Position numbers and translations under genes: made by a program. This document shows positions 12,141-26,220 of a stretch of 64,000 bases of DNA, in pieces. The notes under the pieces were generated by a model. The model did no database searches and had not been told where the DNA came from. It was given only the letters and a program-made list of their open reading frames with translations. Origin of the DNA: Sphyrna mokarran. Lineage: Eukaryota. The stretch spans positions 12,400,001 through 12,464,000 of the forward strand of contig JAGIQG010000016.1 of assembly GCA_024679065.1 (NCBI GenBank). Direction: 5' to 3'. Position 1 is the first letter of the stretch. Each line of letters begins with the position of its first letter.

Positions 12141-15100
12141 CTGTTGGCAAAGAAACATTTCCAAGCAATCACCATTTTCTCTTGAATGTCAGTTTAATTT
12201 CATACTTAGAATAATAACTATTATTTTCTTACATAAAGTTAATCTCCATAATTTCAATTTGATTCGGAGACAAAGAGAAAAAAAATCGAGTTGTTCGCCT
12301 CACTAATATCTGACGTCATAAAAAATCTTAATACGAATTTAGAAATTTCGAATCACAGTTTATTCCCAGTATTCACTATTGTTTACTGCACCTTTCGTGC
12401 AATGTCTGCTCTGCTGGGACAATGTCCACAATATATATTGGCATCGCACAGCAACTTCTGAGATGTGCACGCACAATACTTGTATAATTGAACGTGGTAA
12501 AAGATGAATGAAACACTTGTGGTCCAAAAAGCCAATGGCAACTGATTCAATATACGTATTGGCACGAACGCTGGTCAGTAAAACGCAACTGCCTTACAAG
12601 GAACTTTACACTGGCCTTCTTAGCTGATAAGGATCTGGCGCTATTGTTCAGGGAAAAGTTGCGAAACCTTCACCGCATCCTAAACTCGTTCCAAAGCACA
12701 GCCAAGACCATAAGTATCTTGCTAAATGATTATAGAAGCAGGTTTTCGGATTGATTGTTCAAATTGCCGTGCTGATGGTTGCTAATGTCTCTGTGATTTT
12801 TCAGTCACATTTGAAAGCCAACATTGAATATAATTCCTGAGAGCGTAAATGTTGCTTTATTAAACTAGAGTTATATATGTTCCTTGCTACTGTGGCCGCA
12901 TAATAACGGATCTCTTGTTCGACAGCCTTCCACACATGTTTACGTTGGATCCTAAGAGTAATTGTGCACCTTTGAATACGGACCCCTCATTTTTCTGGAA
13001 GAATAATGACAGTCATTTCAGTATCCTCGTCACATTTCTGAGTATTGGTCAGTTGTAGTAGTCAGCAAATATTGATTTCCTTTCTACTCCACACGATCTT
13101 ATTTGAACAATATGGATATGAACCGACCTGACTTTTTCACGAGATTAAAAACAAACAATTCTCACCAGTGATCAAAAGTTCCCACATGGTAAACTAATTT
13201 CACAGTTCAATGAACTCCGCCAATATTGCTAATATGTATAACATGTGGGAAACTCATTGTAGCGTAACGTTTGGTGCACGTGCCGCTAGCTAGTGTTGAC
13301 GGGAAAGTATGGATTTGGTGTACTCTGCTGGGAAAAAAAAATGATGCTGAACAGAATTCTACTCCAACTGCCCGCCGTGTTTTGTGGATGTCCGGTTTTG
13401 TATTGTCTAGATTAATTGCAAATATTTCAATTTGGACACTGCGGTAAGGGGATGTGTGCAATCATGCATTACGTTTGTTTGCGCTCCTCTCTCTACCTGT
13501 CATTGGGACGAGGCAAATTAGTGTTTTTTTTTGAAGAAGCATTTGTAGAACGCATTTAGGTTTCCGTGGTCGTACATCGTTTGCTTTGGCGACTGTCTTG
13601 TTTCTTCTAGGTCAACCCAACGAAATGTCGATTCTTGATTCGAAAGTGGGGAGAACGCGAAAAAAAATGTTATTCATGCATATTTTTCCTCACTAGAAAT
13701 AATTTGCACGATAACTGAATTCAAAGACCAGGAAATGCATGGACATTCCGACTGTACGCTGCACATTCACCATCTTTCATTGTCATAACCATTTTCTGGA
13801 AACAAAACTATTCTATATATGCTGCCTTGGTGCCTGTAAAATCTATTGTACCAAATACTTCAGTGCGATTTTTTTTTTTCAGATTCAGGTTTATCCAAAG
13901 CTAGTATGTTATCTCAAACTTGGCACTTAACTCCATATATTCATGAGGTTGTCTGGGCAGTGTCGGAATGCATGTATTGCCTTTGCAAATACTGATGCGG
14001 ATTCTGCTGTCGGGTTGCCTGGTTAGTTTTAAACGTTCACATATTTTTACCGCCTGTTTCACTTTGAGTTTGATATAACTTGCCGACTTTGCAGAACAAT
14101 TCGGTCTTGGTGTTTGCCCAATGAATTGGACGTGTACCCTGACATTGTTTCCAGAAATGAATAGCATGCATTGTGCAAAACGACCTAAAAGTATTCAATA
14201 TCTACTGCATCTTGGACAATTACTCCATTAGCAGTGATGATTGTGCAATGGACACGGCTTTTAATATGAGATAATACATCATGACATAGTTCTCCGATTA
14301 ACTCTGTAGAAACTGGAGATATCTTTCTTACGCTCTTCACGATTATGCGCGAGAGGTACAATAGATTGCCATCGAAATGCAATTTATTCCGATCTCGTGT
14401 AAAAACTGACTCCCCGCCCAACAATCAAGAAGTTAATTAACCACGTCTTCTTTTCTCCCTCTGTTTCCCATTTGTTTCAAATGTGCTGCTCATGGGAGAA
14501 AGTTATTTCTTGTACAACGTATGGAAAGGAAATTAGAGCTGTACGTATCAAAAGTAGGAAACATATTGTTTGATTTTTTTGTACAAGAAAAGCTTTTCAG
14601 GCTCGATAATATTTGCATAAGTACATCATTTTATGCCACAAGTAGTGCAATTTACGTCAAGACAAAATTGGCATGGCGAAATATTATATTGATAATAGAG
14701 AATTTGTTCTAATTCACTGACGACAGGCTTATTAAAATGTCATGATTGCGATGCACTTTAAAGTTCAAGATTACGTGATGTTAGTTTATGGCTTAGGAAA
14801 TTATAATTTTATTGAATACAACACCAGAATTTGATCAATGCATTACGTCTGGATACATTAACTGTAACAAAAGGCTCAGGCAGACATAATAAAGAGCAAT
14901 GGTCTTCTTAAAAAAAAATCCAAGTGTTACCAAACCAGGACACAAGCAATTTCAGCAAGCGCTTTTTTTAAAGAAACATCATCACAATTCTGCAGTGTCA
15001 GTGATCTGGCTGAGTCCAATTCTAGGCATTGTAAAACACAGAAATTTAAGGGATAGCACGTTAATAGTAGATTGTGATAAAAAGTGTGATTAGTTGTGCA

Positions 15101-15539
15101 AACTTGCCGTAAATAAATTGTTTTGTTTTCACCCTCACTGCTTGTATTCCCTCCTTTTATGATGCATTCATACAGCAAACATATTCCCCCGTTTACTGAG
15201 GCTGGAAAACTGGGTGAATAATTTAAAATAATATGCGGTTTTAGATTATCAGCAGTTGGTATGTTTTGTTTCAATGAGAATACAATTCATGATTGATCGG
15301 AAAAACACTCGAACCTTCAGGATTTAAAAAAAAATCGTCTGAAGGACTTGTTGACTAAATTTAGGATTTTTGATATCTGAGTTGTAATCAGAATCATGTA
15401 ATTCCAATGGTTGCGGAAGTGAAACATTTGCCTCATCCAGATGGAAACAATTCTCCAATGGAATATCTGGTGTAACTCCACCCTAACACTAATCAAAAAC
15501 ATTCACATGTTTTATATAGCAATTCATTAACATGTACAT

Positions 15540-15680
15540 TTTTAATCTGTGGGAGGAAACTGCAGTACCAGAGGTAATGCAGGCAGACACGTGGAGAAAG
15601 GCGAAGCCCTATGAAGACAGGGCTGGAATAAAATATGGAACCTGAGCGCCAATAGTGCGATGCACGATGATTTTGTGACA
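15540..15680 (-). mobile_element. HE1/V-SINE-like SINE remnant
   Basis: tgtgggaggaaactgcagtaccagagg...gcagacacgtggaga resembles the reverse complement of the V-SINE core. Confidence 0.55.
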
Positions 15681-16145
15681 TCCTCATCAAGCGGCTCCCA
15701 ATCTGCCCCTTTTTCTCATCCTTTCCATTAAAAGAACAACACTGTTGTCTGAACTTAAAACTAGTAGTATTTTTTTCTCTTTTTTTAAGGATCAATTTAG
15801 CAATGTCGAATTAATGCAAGAAACCCTCATATTAATTTAGACGCATTATTATCTGCCAGCCGCTGTGCTAGCACTTTGGCCAACGCTGAATGAAACCTGT
15901 TAAGTCTGTTTGGCGCAAGTTCTATGCCTATGTTTCCTCCTTTGTACATACTTTTCCGGTTTTGTTTTCGTCATTTTTCCTCATGTGATGACCAACTACA
16001 AATCTGTAGCATTAGCTAACCCATTGACTCAAAGATCGTGGTCAAAACTGATTTAGGTAAAATTGTGCGGAAGAAACTCTGAAAAAATGATAGACATGCA
16101 ATGATTACTACCATGATTTGAACAGGTAGATATCACCATACATAC

Positions 16146-16181
16146 CGGTTTCTTTTAAAGCAGTTTTACATGTGTATAACT
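16146..16181 (-). CDS. Micro-exon 15 (36 nt): ELYTCKTALKET
   Basis: cttgtttctgtgtttgcgatctag|AGTTATACACATGTAAAACTGCTTTAAAAGAAACCG|gtatgt. Confidence 0.85.
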
Positions 16182-16499
16182 CTAGATCGCAAACACAGAA
16201 ACAAGATTCAATACTTGAGTAATTGTCTTACGACTACGCTATGTACATTAAGCCATGCATTTCCATTCTACATTTGCTTTATTGATGTTTGCGAAATCAT
16301 GACTTCTCTCAATCTCAATTGCATGCATCAGAGCACCTGCCAACCTCTTCCTCTCAAGAGTTCAGGACAATCCATGCCATGCCATGCCATTCAGCAGACA
16401 AGTTTATTATTATTATTATTATTAATATCTGCAGTTACGTCTCAGAATTTGACAATAATTTAATTTTATTTTAATTTTGCAGTCCGGGCTAAGAACGAA

Positions 16500-16812
16500 T
16501 ATCTTACATTATATCGACATCCTCAAAGATGCAGAAGCCCAGAACATCAGTGCAAAATATCAGGCTGACGTAGTCGCAGCAATCTTCAGTCAGGAGTGGC
16601 GAGTGTCTGATCCATCTCGTCCTCTTGCAGTGATCCGAAGCATCTCAGGTGTCAGTCTCCAACGAATTCAATGCACTCCACGTGATATCAAGAAACGTTT
16701 GCAGTGACTGGATACTGCAAAGCAACGGGTCCTGATAACTTTCCGGCAATATTATTGAAGGCATGTGCTGCAAGACTTGACACTCGGCTACCCAAACGTT
16801 TCCAAGACAGAG
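16500..16812 (+). mobile_element. LINE RT-region fragment (second family, CR1/L2/Jockey-like)
   Basis: ILKDAEAQNISAK...IFSQEWRV...TPRDIKKRL, followed by KATGPDNFPAILLKACA-like sequence. Confidence 0.7.
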
Positions 16813-17520
16813 TATTAAGTTAATGGAAGGACTCTTGGTAGTGTGGATGAGCAGAAATCTCGGTGTACATGTGCATAGATTCCTGAAAGCTGCATCCAGG
16901 TTGATAAGGTTGTTAAGGAGGCGTACGTTGTGTTGTTATCTTTTATTGGTAGGGGGATTGAATTTCGGAGCCTTGAGATCATGTTGCAGCTGTACAAAAC
17001 TCTGGTGAGGCGAACTTGGAGAATTGCGTACAGTTCTGGTCGCCGTTTTATCAGAAAAATGTGGAAGAGTCGGAAGGAGTGCAGAGGAAATTTACCAAGA
17101 TGTTGTCTGGTATAATGGGAAGGTCTTATGAGGAAAGACTGATGGATTTGAGGTTGTTTTCGTTAGAGAGGAAAACGTTAAGAGGTGATGTAATTGAGTC
17201 ACACAAGATGATCAGAGGATTTGATAGGGTGGACATTGAGAGCCTTTTTCCTTGGATGGTGATGGCTAAAACGAGGGGACATAGATTTAAATTGAGGGGT
17301 GATAAATATCGGACGGATGTCAGAGGTAGGTTCTTTACTCAGAGTGTTGTAAGAGTGTGAAATGCTCTGTTTGCAGCACTTGTGGACTCGCCAAATTTAA
17401 GAACAATTAAAATGGTGATTGGATAGGCATATGGACAATATTGGAATAGTTTAAGGGTCATTAAACTGGTTCCACTGTTCAACGCAGTATCGATGGCCGA
17501 AGGGCCTCTTCTGCCAAGAC
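16813..17520 (+). mobile_element. CR1 LINE 3' portion
   Basis: FIGRGIEFRSLEIMLQLYKTLVR, CVQFWSP and TRGHRFKL..RFFTQ. Tail ggccgaagggcct. Confidence 0.92.
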
Positions 17521-18959
17521 ATGAGACCATGTATTCGAGTCGTATGTGTGGGCACGGTCGCGTATGTTCGCACACATTACATTTATCATATATCATAAAT
17601 TATATTTATAATGATAGTACTATTCATTATTTATTGTATGCCGGTAAACCATTGTGAATTATACTTTATCAAGCTGAACGAAGAAAATCAAATATTTCCA
17701 ATAAAGCAGTTTTAATTTCATTGTGCTTGAGGGAATGTTTCTGCATATCATTGAACTTTTCCCACTGTCAGTCATGGGTGCTTACACAATTCTACATTTC
17801 AGCAGACGGTTTGCAAAGGGATTTGATTGTCCTCCAGTTTTGGTAATTTACACAGCCGAATTCTGTCTTTCCTTATCTGTGGCATAATCCTGCCAATTTT
17901 TGAATATGATTTTGCTCAGCTGCAATATCGGAAGGTGTTGAATATCTCTGCATGCCGTTAGTGGACTCTCCGAATGCCATTCACATAGAAAAAAAAGTGG
18001 ACTTAATAACACTTTGCAGGTATTGAGTTTGTTTATTGGACCAACGTATCTATGTTGCCACACTGAAAAGGAAATCCTTCTGAATGACGTACAGGCCTTA
18101 GCAATCCTGAGACAGGTCCGATCAATGATATGAAGCCACTATGACAGAATGCTGAATGGTTCGTTGAACTTGCCAACAGCAGTTAGGCTCAGGAATTCAG
18201 TCTCACTGTTGGCACTTGATAAATTGCCTTGATGCCTGTTGAAAAGAGTCTTATCCAACCTTCTTGCACTGAATGTGACCAAGCAGTGACAGGATGTGTA
18301 AAATAGATCCATTGTGTATTGCATGTCTGCTTAATTTCCATTAATTAATTCACTATCAAAATACATGAAAACCATGTAAATTAACAACGATGACCATTGT
18401 GTTGTTCTGGCAGCATTTAAGGTTGAAGAGCTTATCATCTATTTTGAAATTCATGTATAAAGTTACTTCCCCATCCAATAAGACATCAGGAAACACTGCT
18501 GACAATACTATGTTACAGAAAGCTGGTATCAATACTGCGGTTTTAATTCAGTTGGAGACAGCGGAGGGAAAGGAAGACCATTGTCCTCAGCACGCGGGCC
18601 TGAATGCCATTATGAAACTGCCGTAGCATCTGAATGAGATCGGCTGGACAGGGAAATGTCATCATAATCTTTCAAACCCCTTCAGTAGCACTGACAGAGT
18701 CGAGATTTTTTTATATGATCAGCAAAATGAGTACTGGGCAATGTTTTCTCTTTGGCACTGCCCTGCAACTAGCGAGCAGCTGTACCATGTCAATCGTTGC
18801 CGCATTTCTTTTTCTGAAACCATAACTGTTCTTCAGAGAAAAAAAAATCCGTGACCAACAAATATTGTCAACTGGTTTACAAGGATTCAGGCAAGCTGAA
18901 ATGCAATTTGTTGCATGGCAGTGCTGAATTCTAATTTTCCTGTCGTTTTCATCTTGAAA

Positions 18960-19075
18960 ACGATGAAGAGAAGGGAATGGTTTAGTTTGGAGGGGCATTG
19001 CTTTTTATTTTGGTCGGCACAACATCGAAGGCCGAAGGGCCTGTTCTGTGCTGTATTGTTCTATGTTCTATGTTC
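18960..19075 (+). mobile_element. CR1 3' tail fragment
   Basis: ggtcggcacaacatcgaaggccgaagggcctgttctgtgctgtattgttctatgttctatgttc. Confidence 0.8.
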
Positions 19076-20299
19076 ACTGATTTAAGGAGTGTGATTGAAG
19101 TTCATAGAAGCGGGTGGGTGTTAATCTGGAGCAGCCAATTATTTGACGTTGTAATGTTATGAGAAATTGACACCTCGTTGAAATGCGCATACAAACTGTT
19201 TTTTTGGACCTGGGATTTCACTGGTAATAACATGGTTCAAAAGTCCGTGAGTTCAGGACAGAAGTTTACTCGTTAGTGCAGGATAGAAGGCTGCTCTGAC
19301 AGATCTGTAATCGTGCTTATGGTAATGTTTGTTGCTATAAGTTAATATTTTATAAGACCTCTGACTCCAGCACTTTCCTGCACCTCGCATGGGCCCAATC
19401 AAACTGTGCTGCATTTTTAATATTGTTTTCGGTTGAGGGTATACTATTTAGATACCTTGTATGTTCCTTGCATTATTCTTTTAGAAGGCGCTCGGTCTCA
19501 GCGTCCATTTATCAAATCCTTCTGGTGCTTCCTGTAAGCTACGGCGCACGATGCACTCTGTGGTGACGTCGAGATGTCGTCGAAAGTTGCTGATTGGACA
19601 TGATCGCTACTCAGCCTGTTGGTCACATCATCAATGCGCTGTCTTAAGATATTCAAAAGAGTAAGGATTTTCTTGTCCAAGGAGGACAATCTGGCTGACT
19701 GTCACTATACATTTTAGAGACAAAAATGTTGTAAGTTCAGCAGTCAGTACATCATATGTTATTGGCTATCCACACATCCTATTTGCTGATCATCTTGACA
19801 ATAATAAAAAATGCGAAGGCAGAGAAATGTGAGGTATAGCAACATTAGTTTTCCGTATGTTCTACGCACTCTCGTCCTTCAAACCCAAGACGATTGAACA
19901 GAACGTAGAATTATCTCATTCTTGAGGCAGTTGGCTCAATACAATCTAAAAAAAAAACACCACGCTCAAAGAAGAATGCATTGCAGAGGAAAATGTGCTT
20001 CAGGAAAAAAAATGGCAGGACATAACATTCTTTTGGAATTTTCAAGCCAACGATGACGGCCACGAGTGCTGTGTGGGATTCTCTGCCTCAGATTCGCTTG
20101 CAAAACGATCTAAAAAAAAACGCTGTCCTCCTTCAATACCCAACTGCAATGCAATAAAAAAACGTTACATTGATCAGCGCATACCAATTTTGGTTTGAAG
20201 AATTGGTTGACCTTTGAAGGGGTTGCTTGGAGTCAGTGGACTGGGCAGAAATTAATTACTCTGCGACTAGCCTGAACATGTATTCAACGACAGTAACTA

Positions 20300-21950
20300 A
20301 CTGCATTAGTACACAGGAATATTAACTACTTGCTAAAGTCTAGATCAAGCCAGACCACGCTGACTGATACAAGATATTCAGTACGATCTGAGGAGATCCA
20401 TCAAAGCTACCAAAGGACAGTAACAGATACAGCTAGAGTCCCAGCCTCTCCACACCGTAACCCACTGAGTGTAGCAAGGTCTGGAAGACGTAACTGGCTC
20501 CAAGATGAAGGCATGAAAAAATCGCCATCTCCGACAAACCTCTCTCTGAAGAGTTAAATGCATTAATCTACGCCTGTTTTTAGCAAGAGCTCAGCGAGTC
20601 CATGCCCTCCATCCTGGAATCTCTTTGACACTATATCTGAGGTTACCATTGCAGATTTCAGAGCAGCTTTCTCGAAGGTGAACCCACGGAAAGTGATTAG
20701 CCTGGAAAGGGGTACCTGATCCAGAAATCAATCCCGCTTGGATCAGTTAGCGGGGGTTTTCACAGATTTCTTCCACCTTTCTTTACAACAATCTGAGATC
20801 CCTGTCTGTTTCAACATCATAATCAGGGTACCTAAAAGAAACCAATATATGTGACTTACTGACTATTGGTCCATGGCTCTTACATTCACCCTTATGAAGT
20901 TCTTCAAAACGTCAGTCATGGCATAAATCAATTCCAGTCTCCCAGGCTACCTGGATCCACTGCAGCTGTCTACTGCAGCAACAAGTCCACAGCAAAAACC
21001 ACCTCCCTGGCCATGCTCTCAAGCCTGGAACACTAGATAACACATGTATCTATGTCAGAATCCGATTTATTAACTACAGCTCAAACTCCAACACCATTAT
21101 TCTCCAAAACTCATCTCCAAACCCATGGCTTAGACATCGGCATCTCCCCCTGTGACTGGATCCTGAACTTCATAACTTACAGACTACAATCAGCAATGAT
21201 TTGGCAACAACTCCTCCTCCACAGTCATCTCTAACACGGGTCTCCGAAAAGGCTGTGTTCTCAGCTCCCTACTGTACTTTTATTCAGCCATAACTCGATA
21301 CAATTCGATTTTCAAGTCTTGTCGACAGCACCGTAATGGATCAGATCTAAAACAACGAGGATACAGAGTACAAGAATGAGGTAGATAATCTGGCGAACTG
21401 GGGCAATAATCTCTCCCTCAATAAGAGCAAGACGACAGAGACTACCATCGATTTCAGGAAGTAAAAGAAAACATGTCCCTGTCTACATCATCAAGGATTA
21501 AAAAGGAAGTGTAAAGAGATTCAAGGATTTAGTTGTCTAGATTGCCCACAATCCGTCCTGTCCTCCATGTTGATACTATAGCTAAAAAAAAAGCTCAACA
21601 GCGCCTCTACATTCCCAGAAGTCTAAGGATATTTGGCAAGTCAGCTACAACTCTCATAATTTTTACAGTGCATTTATGGAACTTTTTTTTCTCTCTGGTA
21701 ATATCACAACTTGTTATGGCCCTTGCCCTTCCCAAAGATCGCAATATACCAGCTTATTCCTTGCTGCTATCAGACTTTTTGAATGCATTTAATTGATTTT
21801 CTCCATATCCTAGCTATTAATGTACCATTACATTCTGCACTTTCTCGTTTCCTTCTCTTTGAACTTGGGCTTGTTCTGCATAGAGCACAAGAAATAATAC
21901 TTCCGACTGTGTATTAATGCTTGTAATAATACCAATACAATCAAATCACA
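20300..21950 (+). mobile_element. Rex1/Babar-like LINE remnant
   Basis: RAAFSKVNPRK, LCDWILNF-like (PCDWILNFIT), GCVLSSLLY and KKAQQRLY. Tail aataccaatacaatcaaatc. Confidence 0.85.
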
Positions 21951-23387
21951 CACAAACAATAATCCTTGTCGACAAAGGCCAATTCTATTGCAATCAATCG
22001 GAAATTATAAGACGCCCTACATTCCTGGACTATAAGATGATCAATTTCATACAAGTTATCGCATGTAATGACATTAATTTCACAGTTGTCACAGAGTGTC
22101 AGATCTAGGGATATGTTATCAGTAATAAGGCATTTTCTAAAGGGGAAAGAAATGGAATTCTGCGTATGCAGTTCAACTCTGATTATTAACATATTCTCAA
22201 GAACTTTTTTTTTTTGGCTGCCGAATATGGAGTAATTTTCTCTTCGAATATTGACGCCTCGTTGACCCATTCATTGTCTGGCAGAATACCTAACACGAAG
22301 AATAACCTAAAATCAATGAACGAAACTTGGTTTAATACAAGATACAAGTTGGCATAAAATACGTGTATTCAGATATACGTGTAAGTTATGCAACAATGAA
22401 GTAAAACGTACGAGTGTTGTACTGGCATCACTATGGAGAATAAGTGACAGAGAAATCTAAGATATCAAACAAACAACATATCACATGCAATTTCTGTATT
22501 CTACGGTATTTTGTCGTGGTGCTCAATTCAACAACTTACTGGAGGAGGAATATGCACAAGCAATTGCACGGGGCAGAGCGGGAAGGGGGTGGGTGGGTGA
22601 GTTCGGAGTGATGAGGGGTACACATCGCTGCAACACATTAGCTAAGACAATTGCTATCAAATGATGTTCTATTCCGAGCCATTCCATCTGTTGCGGCATC
22701 TCATATGTCATTCTTCAGCCAGATCAGTAAAGGAAACGTTTTAAAACTGAAGGTAAAACAAAACGAATGACAATATTGAACTGGAGTGGCATTGTATGCG
22801 GAAATGAGAGTTGAACGATCATTTCGAGTGTGAATTAAACATCTTTCTCCCTCTGAGTTAATCCATGGTTTGGAATTGCAATCCACTCTTGAGCCAATTC
22901 GAATTTCTCAAACTCAGAGCAACAAACGGTGGAACTATTTGGAAACTTAATTTAGCAGAAGTAGTTAAGCCCAGTAGAACTGGTTAAAGTTTTGTGCTGC
23001 TGAGTTTGCCGTCTTTCTCGCCAGGCATTTTTACAGTATCTAAAATACCATCCTCTTCCACGCAATTTGGTAACTTCCCAAAACATATACTGCACACAGC
23101 ATAACATAATAACGAATACTTCTACGAGCAAAATATATATAAATTCATCCCCAAATTGTGACTTCCGTAATTATTGGTACAATTTGGATAGTTTAGCAAA
23201 TGCTGTCATATGACAAGATAAAAACACTTTACGAACAATGAATCTTTTTTTTTACTCAGATTAGTCTCCAGACGTTGCCTAGACACGTAAAAATTCTCAT
23301 TCATGCCAACTCTCTAGAAATATATGAGGAAAATATCTATGCAGACAACTGGAATTTGACAACTGAAGATTTGTGAAAGGGTGTTAC

Positions 23388-23414
23388 CGTTTTCTTTGTC
23401 TTTCAGTTTTTCTT
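23388..23414 (-). CDS. Micro-exon 14 (27 nt): EEKLKDKEN
   Basis: aaatatgtcttcag|AAGAAAAACTGAAAGACAAAGAAAACG|gtaaca. Confidence 0.85.
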
Positions 23415-23786
23415 CTGAAGACATATTTGCAAACAATATCGAATGTTAGTTGTGTTTTTTTTCGGAAAACAGGTACTCGGCAGTTAGTTGCAAAAAATGA
23501 TACATGTAAAACCATGTAGCTGTGAAATTATTTATTTTCAAAAACATCACAACATTCCTTCATTATTAGATGTTGCTTACTACATAATATGACGACAGAT
23601 ACAGTATAACCGCAGAAAAGAATCTCAAACTAATGATACACCATCTGTAACAAATTTTCAATCTCGCTTTACTGAGTCTAGAATCTCTTCGTAATTTTAC
23701 AATTTCCCGTTGGCTTGCTGTTGGAATTGCGGAAACTACAGATCCATGGCTGAGAGTTTTCAAGAAGGTCATATAATTTGACTCAC

Positions 23787-23822
23787 CTAAATCGTTTGAC
23801 AAGATTCGGCACGTGGATAAAT
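23787..23822 (-). CDS. Micro-exon 13 (36 nt): DLSTCRILSNDL
   Basis: ctttccttcccccaaatgatccag|ATTTATCCACGTGCCGAATCTTGTCAAACGATTTAG|gtgagt. Confidence 0.87.
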   Translation of the reverse strand: MYPRAESCQTI

Positions 23823-24689
23823 CTGGATCATTTGGGGGAAGGAAAGAGTTTAAATTTGAACTGAATTACTTGAAGCGAAAAGGAAATGCCAACATGAACT
23901 TCGATTTTTTTTTTCCAGCTTGTTGTGGATACAAGAACACATTTCCAAACGTTCAATGAAAGTTCATGCCATTTGCGGCAAGCCCTGGATTTTTTTTTTC
24001 ATCTCTGTGCTGACAATTAACAAATCGCATTCATCCCTCACGATTCTAGTCAATGCCACTCTTCGAGCGGTTAGCATATGTCTTTCAAAATCATTTACCT
24101 CATGACATTATATTTCCATCTAGCCATTTTCATCGACTAGAAATGAAACTGGACGTGTCAAATGAATTATGTGACTACACAGCTAATTAGCACGAAAGAA
24201 TCCTTTGTAGTTAATTCACCTTCAAATTCTCAAATCTGGGTCACGTATAAAATGCACGAATCAGATGTGTGACGAAAAATAAAACGGCAATTTCTTATCA
24301 GTGTGGCTGATATATTAAGTAGGCATGATCTTCTAACGTCAATGTCACTAAATACACATTTTACTTTAGGTATGTAATCGTCACTTATAATATAATGCAA
24401 TTGACTTTACCTGGGTGACAATATCAGCAGCATAACTTAAGAAGGTACATACCATTCATGCCAAAGCATCTCGCATCATTGGAGCCAAGTCAGCAATAAT
24501 TTACTCCCTCCATAAAAAAAAACTTGCAATTACAGTTGGCTGAAAAATGTACAAGAGGTGATATAGGAACACGCCAAAGCATATCCAGTTGCATCACGCA
24601 TCTTTCCAATCACAAGCATACTGAAATATAACAGTGGTATTCAAAATGGAAAAAAAAATCCGTCCGTAATACTTACCGTCCCGAGTTAT

Positions 24690-25235
24690 TATTGTATCGT
24701 TGTTGTTTCATTATTTCAGAGGAGAAATCCTTTTTTCTTACAGTACTGTACAATTATTGGCGAGTGTTATGAAGAGATTTATCAGGATGCTCCCTGATTT
24801 AGATGGTAAGTCTTATGAGCAAAATTTTGAGGGAGCTCAGATTATTCTGTTTAGAACGCAAGACGATGAGGCGCGGCTTAACGTAGGTTTATAAGATGAT
24901 GTGGAGGATAGGTAGAGTGGACGTTCAGGGACTAGTGCCTCTGGTGGATGTAACTGTTGCTAGCGGGCATAAATAAAAGTTTCATGGTTGGAGCTATTGG
25001 AGATGTCCGATGTAGGTTATTTACTCAGAGAATATTTGGGGTGTGGGATGGACTGCCAGCTGTGATAATTGACATTTTAGGAACTTTCAAGAGATTATTC
25101 GATAGACCCAGGTAGCACACCACAATGATAGGGATTGGTCTTTGTTTCGGACAAAGCTGGGCACAACATCGAGGTCAAAAGGGCCTGTACTGTGTTGTAA
25201 TGCTCTATGTTCTATATAGACGTTCTATAATGTTC
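24690..25235 (+). mobile_element. CR1 LINE 3' remnant
   Basis: KRFIRMLPDLDGKSYEQ. Tail gggcctgtactgtgttgtaatgctctatgttcta. Confidence 0.85.
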
Positions 25236-26193
25236 TAGTCCTGGCCGCATGTGGTTCAATAAGAAACTTAACCTATCCTCTCAGGAACATTTAGGAATGA
25301 ATAATGCATCCCGACAAAGCCACCGATCCTAAAATCACAATAAAAAGAAAGAAAAGCAATATCCTATCGGTTTAGCATTGCATGTCTTCCACCTCTCAAC
25401 TCAGTATCACTGAATGCGAACTTCAGCGTATGTTTGCATTCCTCATATATAATGCAAGTGTCATTCCTAATCGCTATGGCGATATATTATCATCAGCATT
25501 GTATTTCGTTATTCTGATAATATCCATTCGATGTGTTCGGAAATGAGCAAGCTATCGTAATTATTTTTTTGTAATTATTTTTTTGGTGTTCTAATGACAT
25601 TGGATAGATGTGTTCTAACGCTTGGACATATGCAATGATCGTATCATTTCGTATTAGATAATTTCACAATTGATTCCATAACTTGGTAGACATGGTATTT
25701 GTTTACAAGAAGCTGACAATCTTATAAAATGAACGAGTATGCTGCAAAACATGTAAGAGCAGCAATGTACCCGCAACAAATGTTGAGCCTCCACGTCCTC
25801 GCCTTCCCTCACTCATCATTTATTTCCTTCACTATAAATGTACAATTCCTGCAGCGAATGTGATTCTGAATATTTAATAGGACCAGTGTGTAAAACGGCA
25901 GATCCACGTTGTCTTTAATTAGCGTGCTCCCTACAGATTTCTCAAAAAAAAGAAATCCTAAACACAAAATTATATGTTTAAACTGCCGAATAGTGTTGTG
26001 AAATGGAAAACGTAGCACCGTGTTTGATCAGTCGTCATTGTTCGCGTTTTCGCACTCTGATGTTTGCTACATCATAACACTGAACATAATTGAGTTGATC
26101 CAAAGAGAACATTACAATTATTGCCATGATTTTAGGTTACGTATAGTAAGAAGTGGACACGAGAGTCAGAAATAGATCATATAGTGAACATAC

Positions 26194-26220
26194 CTTCATT
26201 AATTTCACGCATCTCTTCCA
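26194..26220 (-). CDS. Micro-exon 12 (27 nt): VEEMREINE
   Basis: catcaaccaatttcaacag|TGGAAGAGATGCGTGAAATTAATGAAG|gtatgt. Confidence 0.83.

Noticed and set aside
14051-14086. 36-nt candidate exon VGKLYQTQSETG (minus)
   Set aside because: Poor AAG acceptor and no ELxxC motif.
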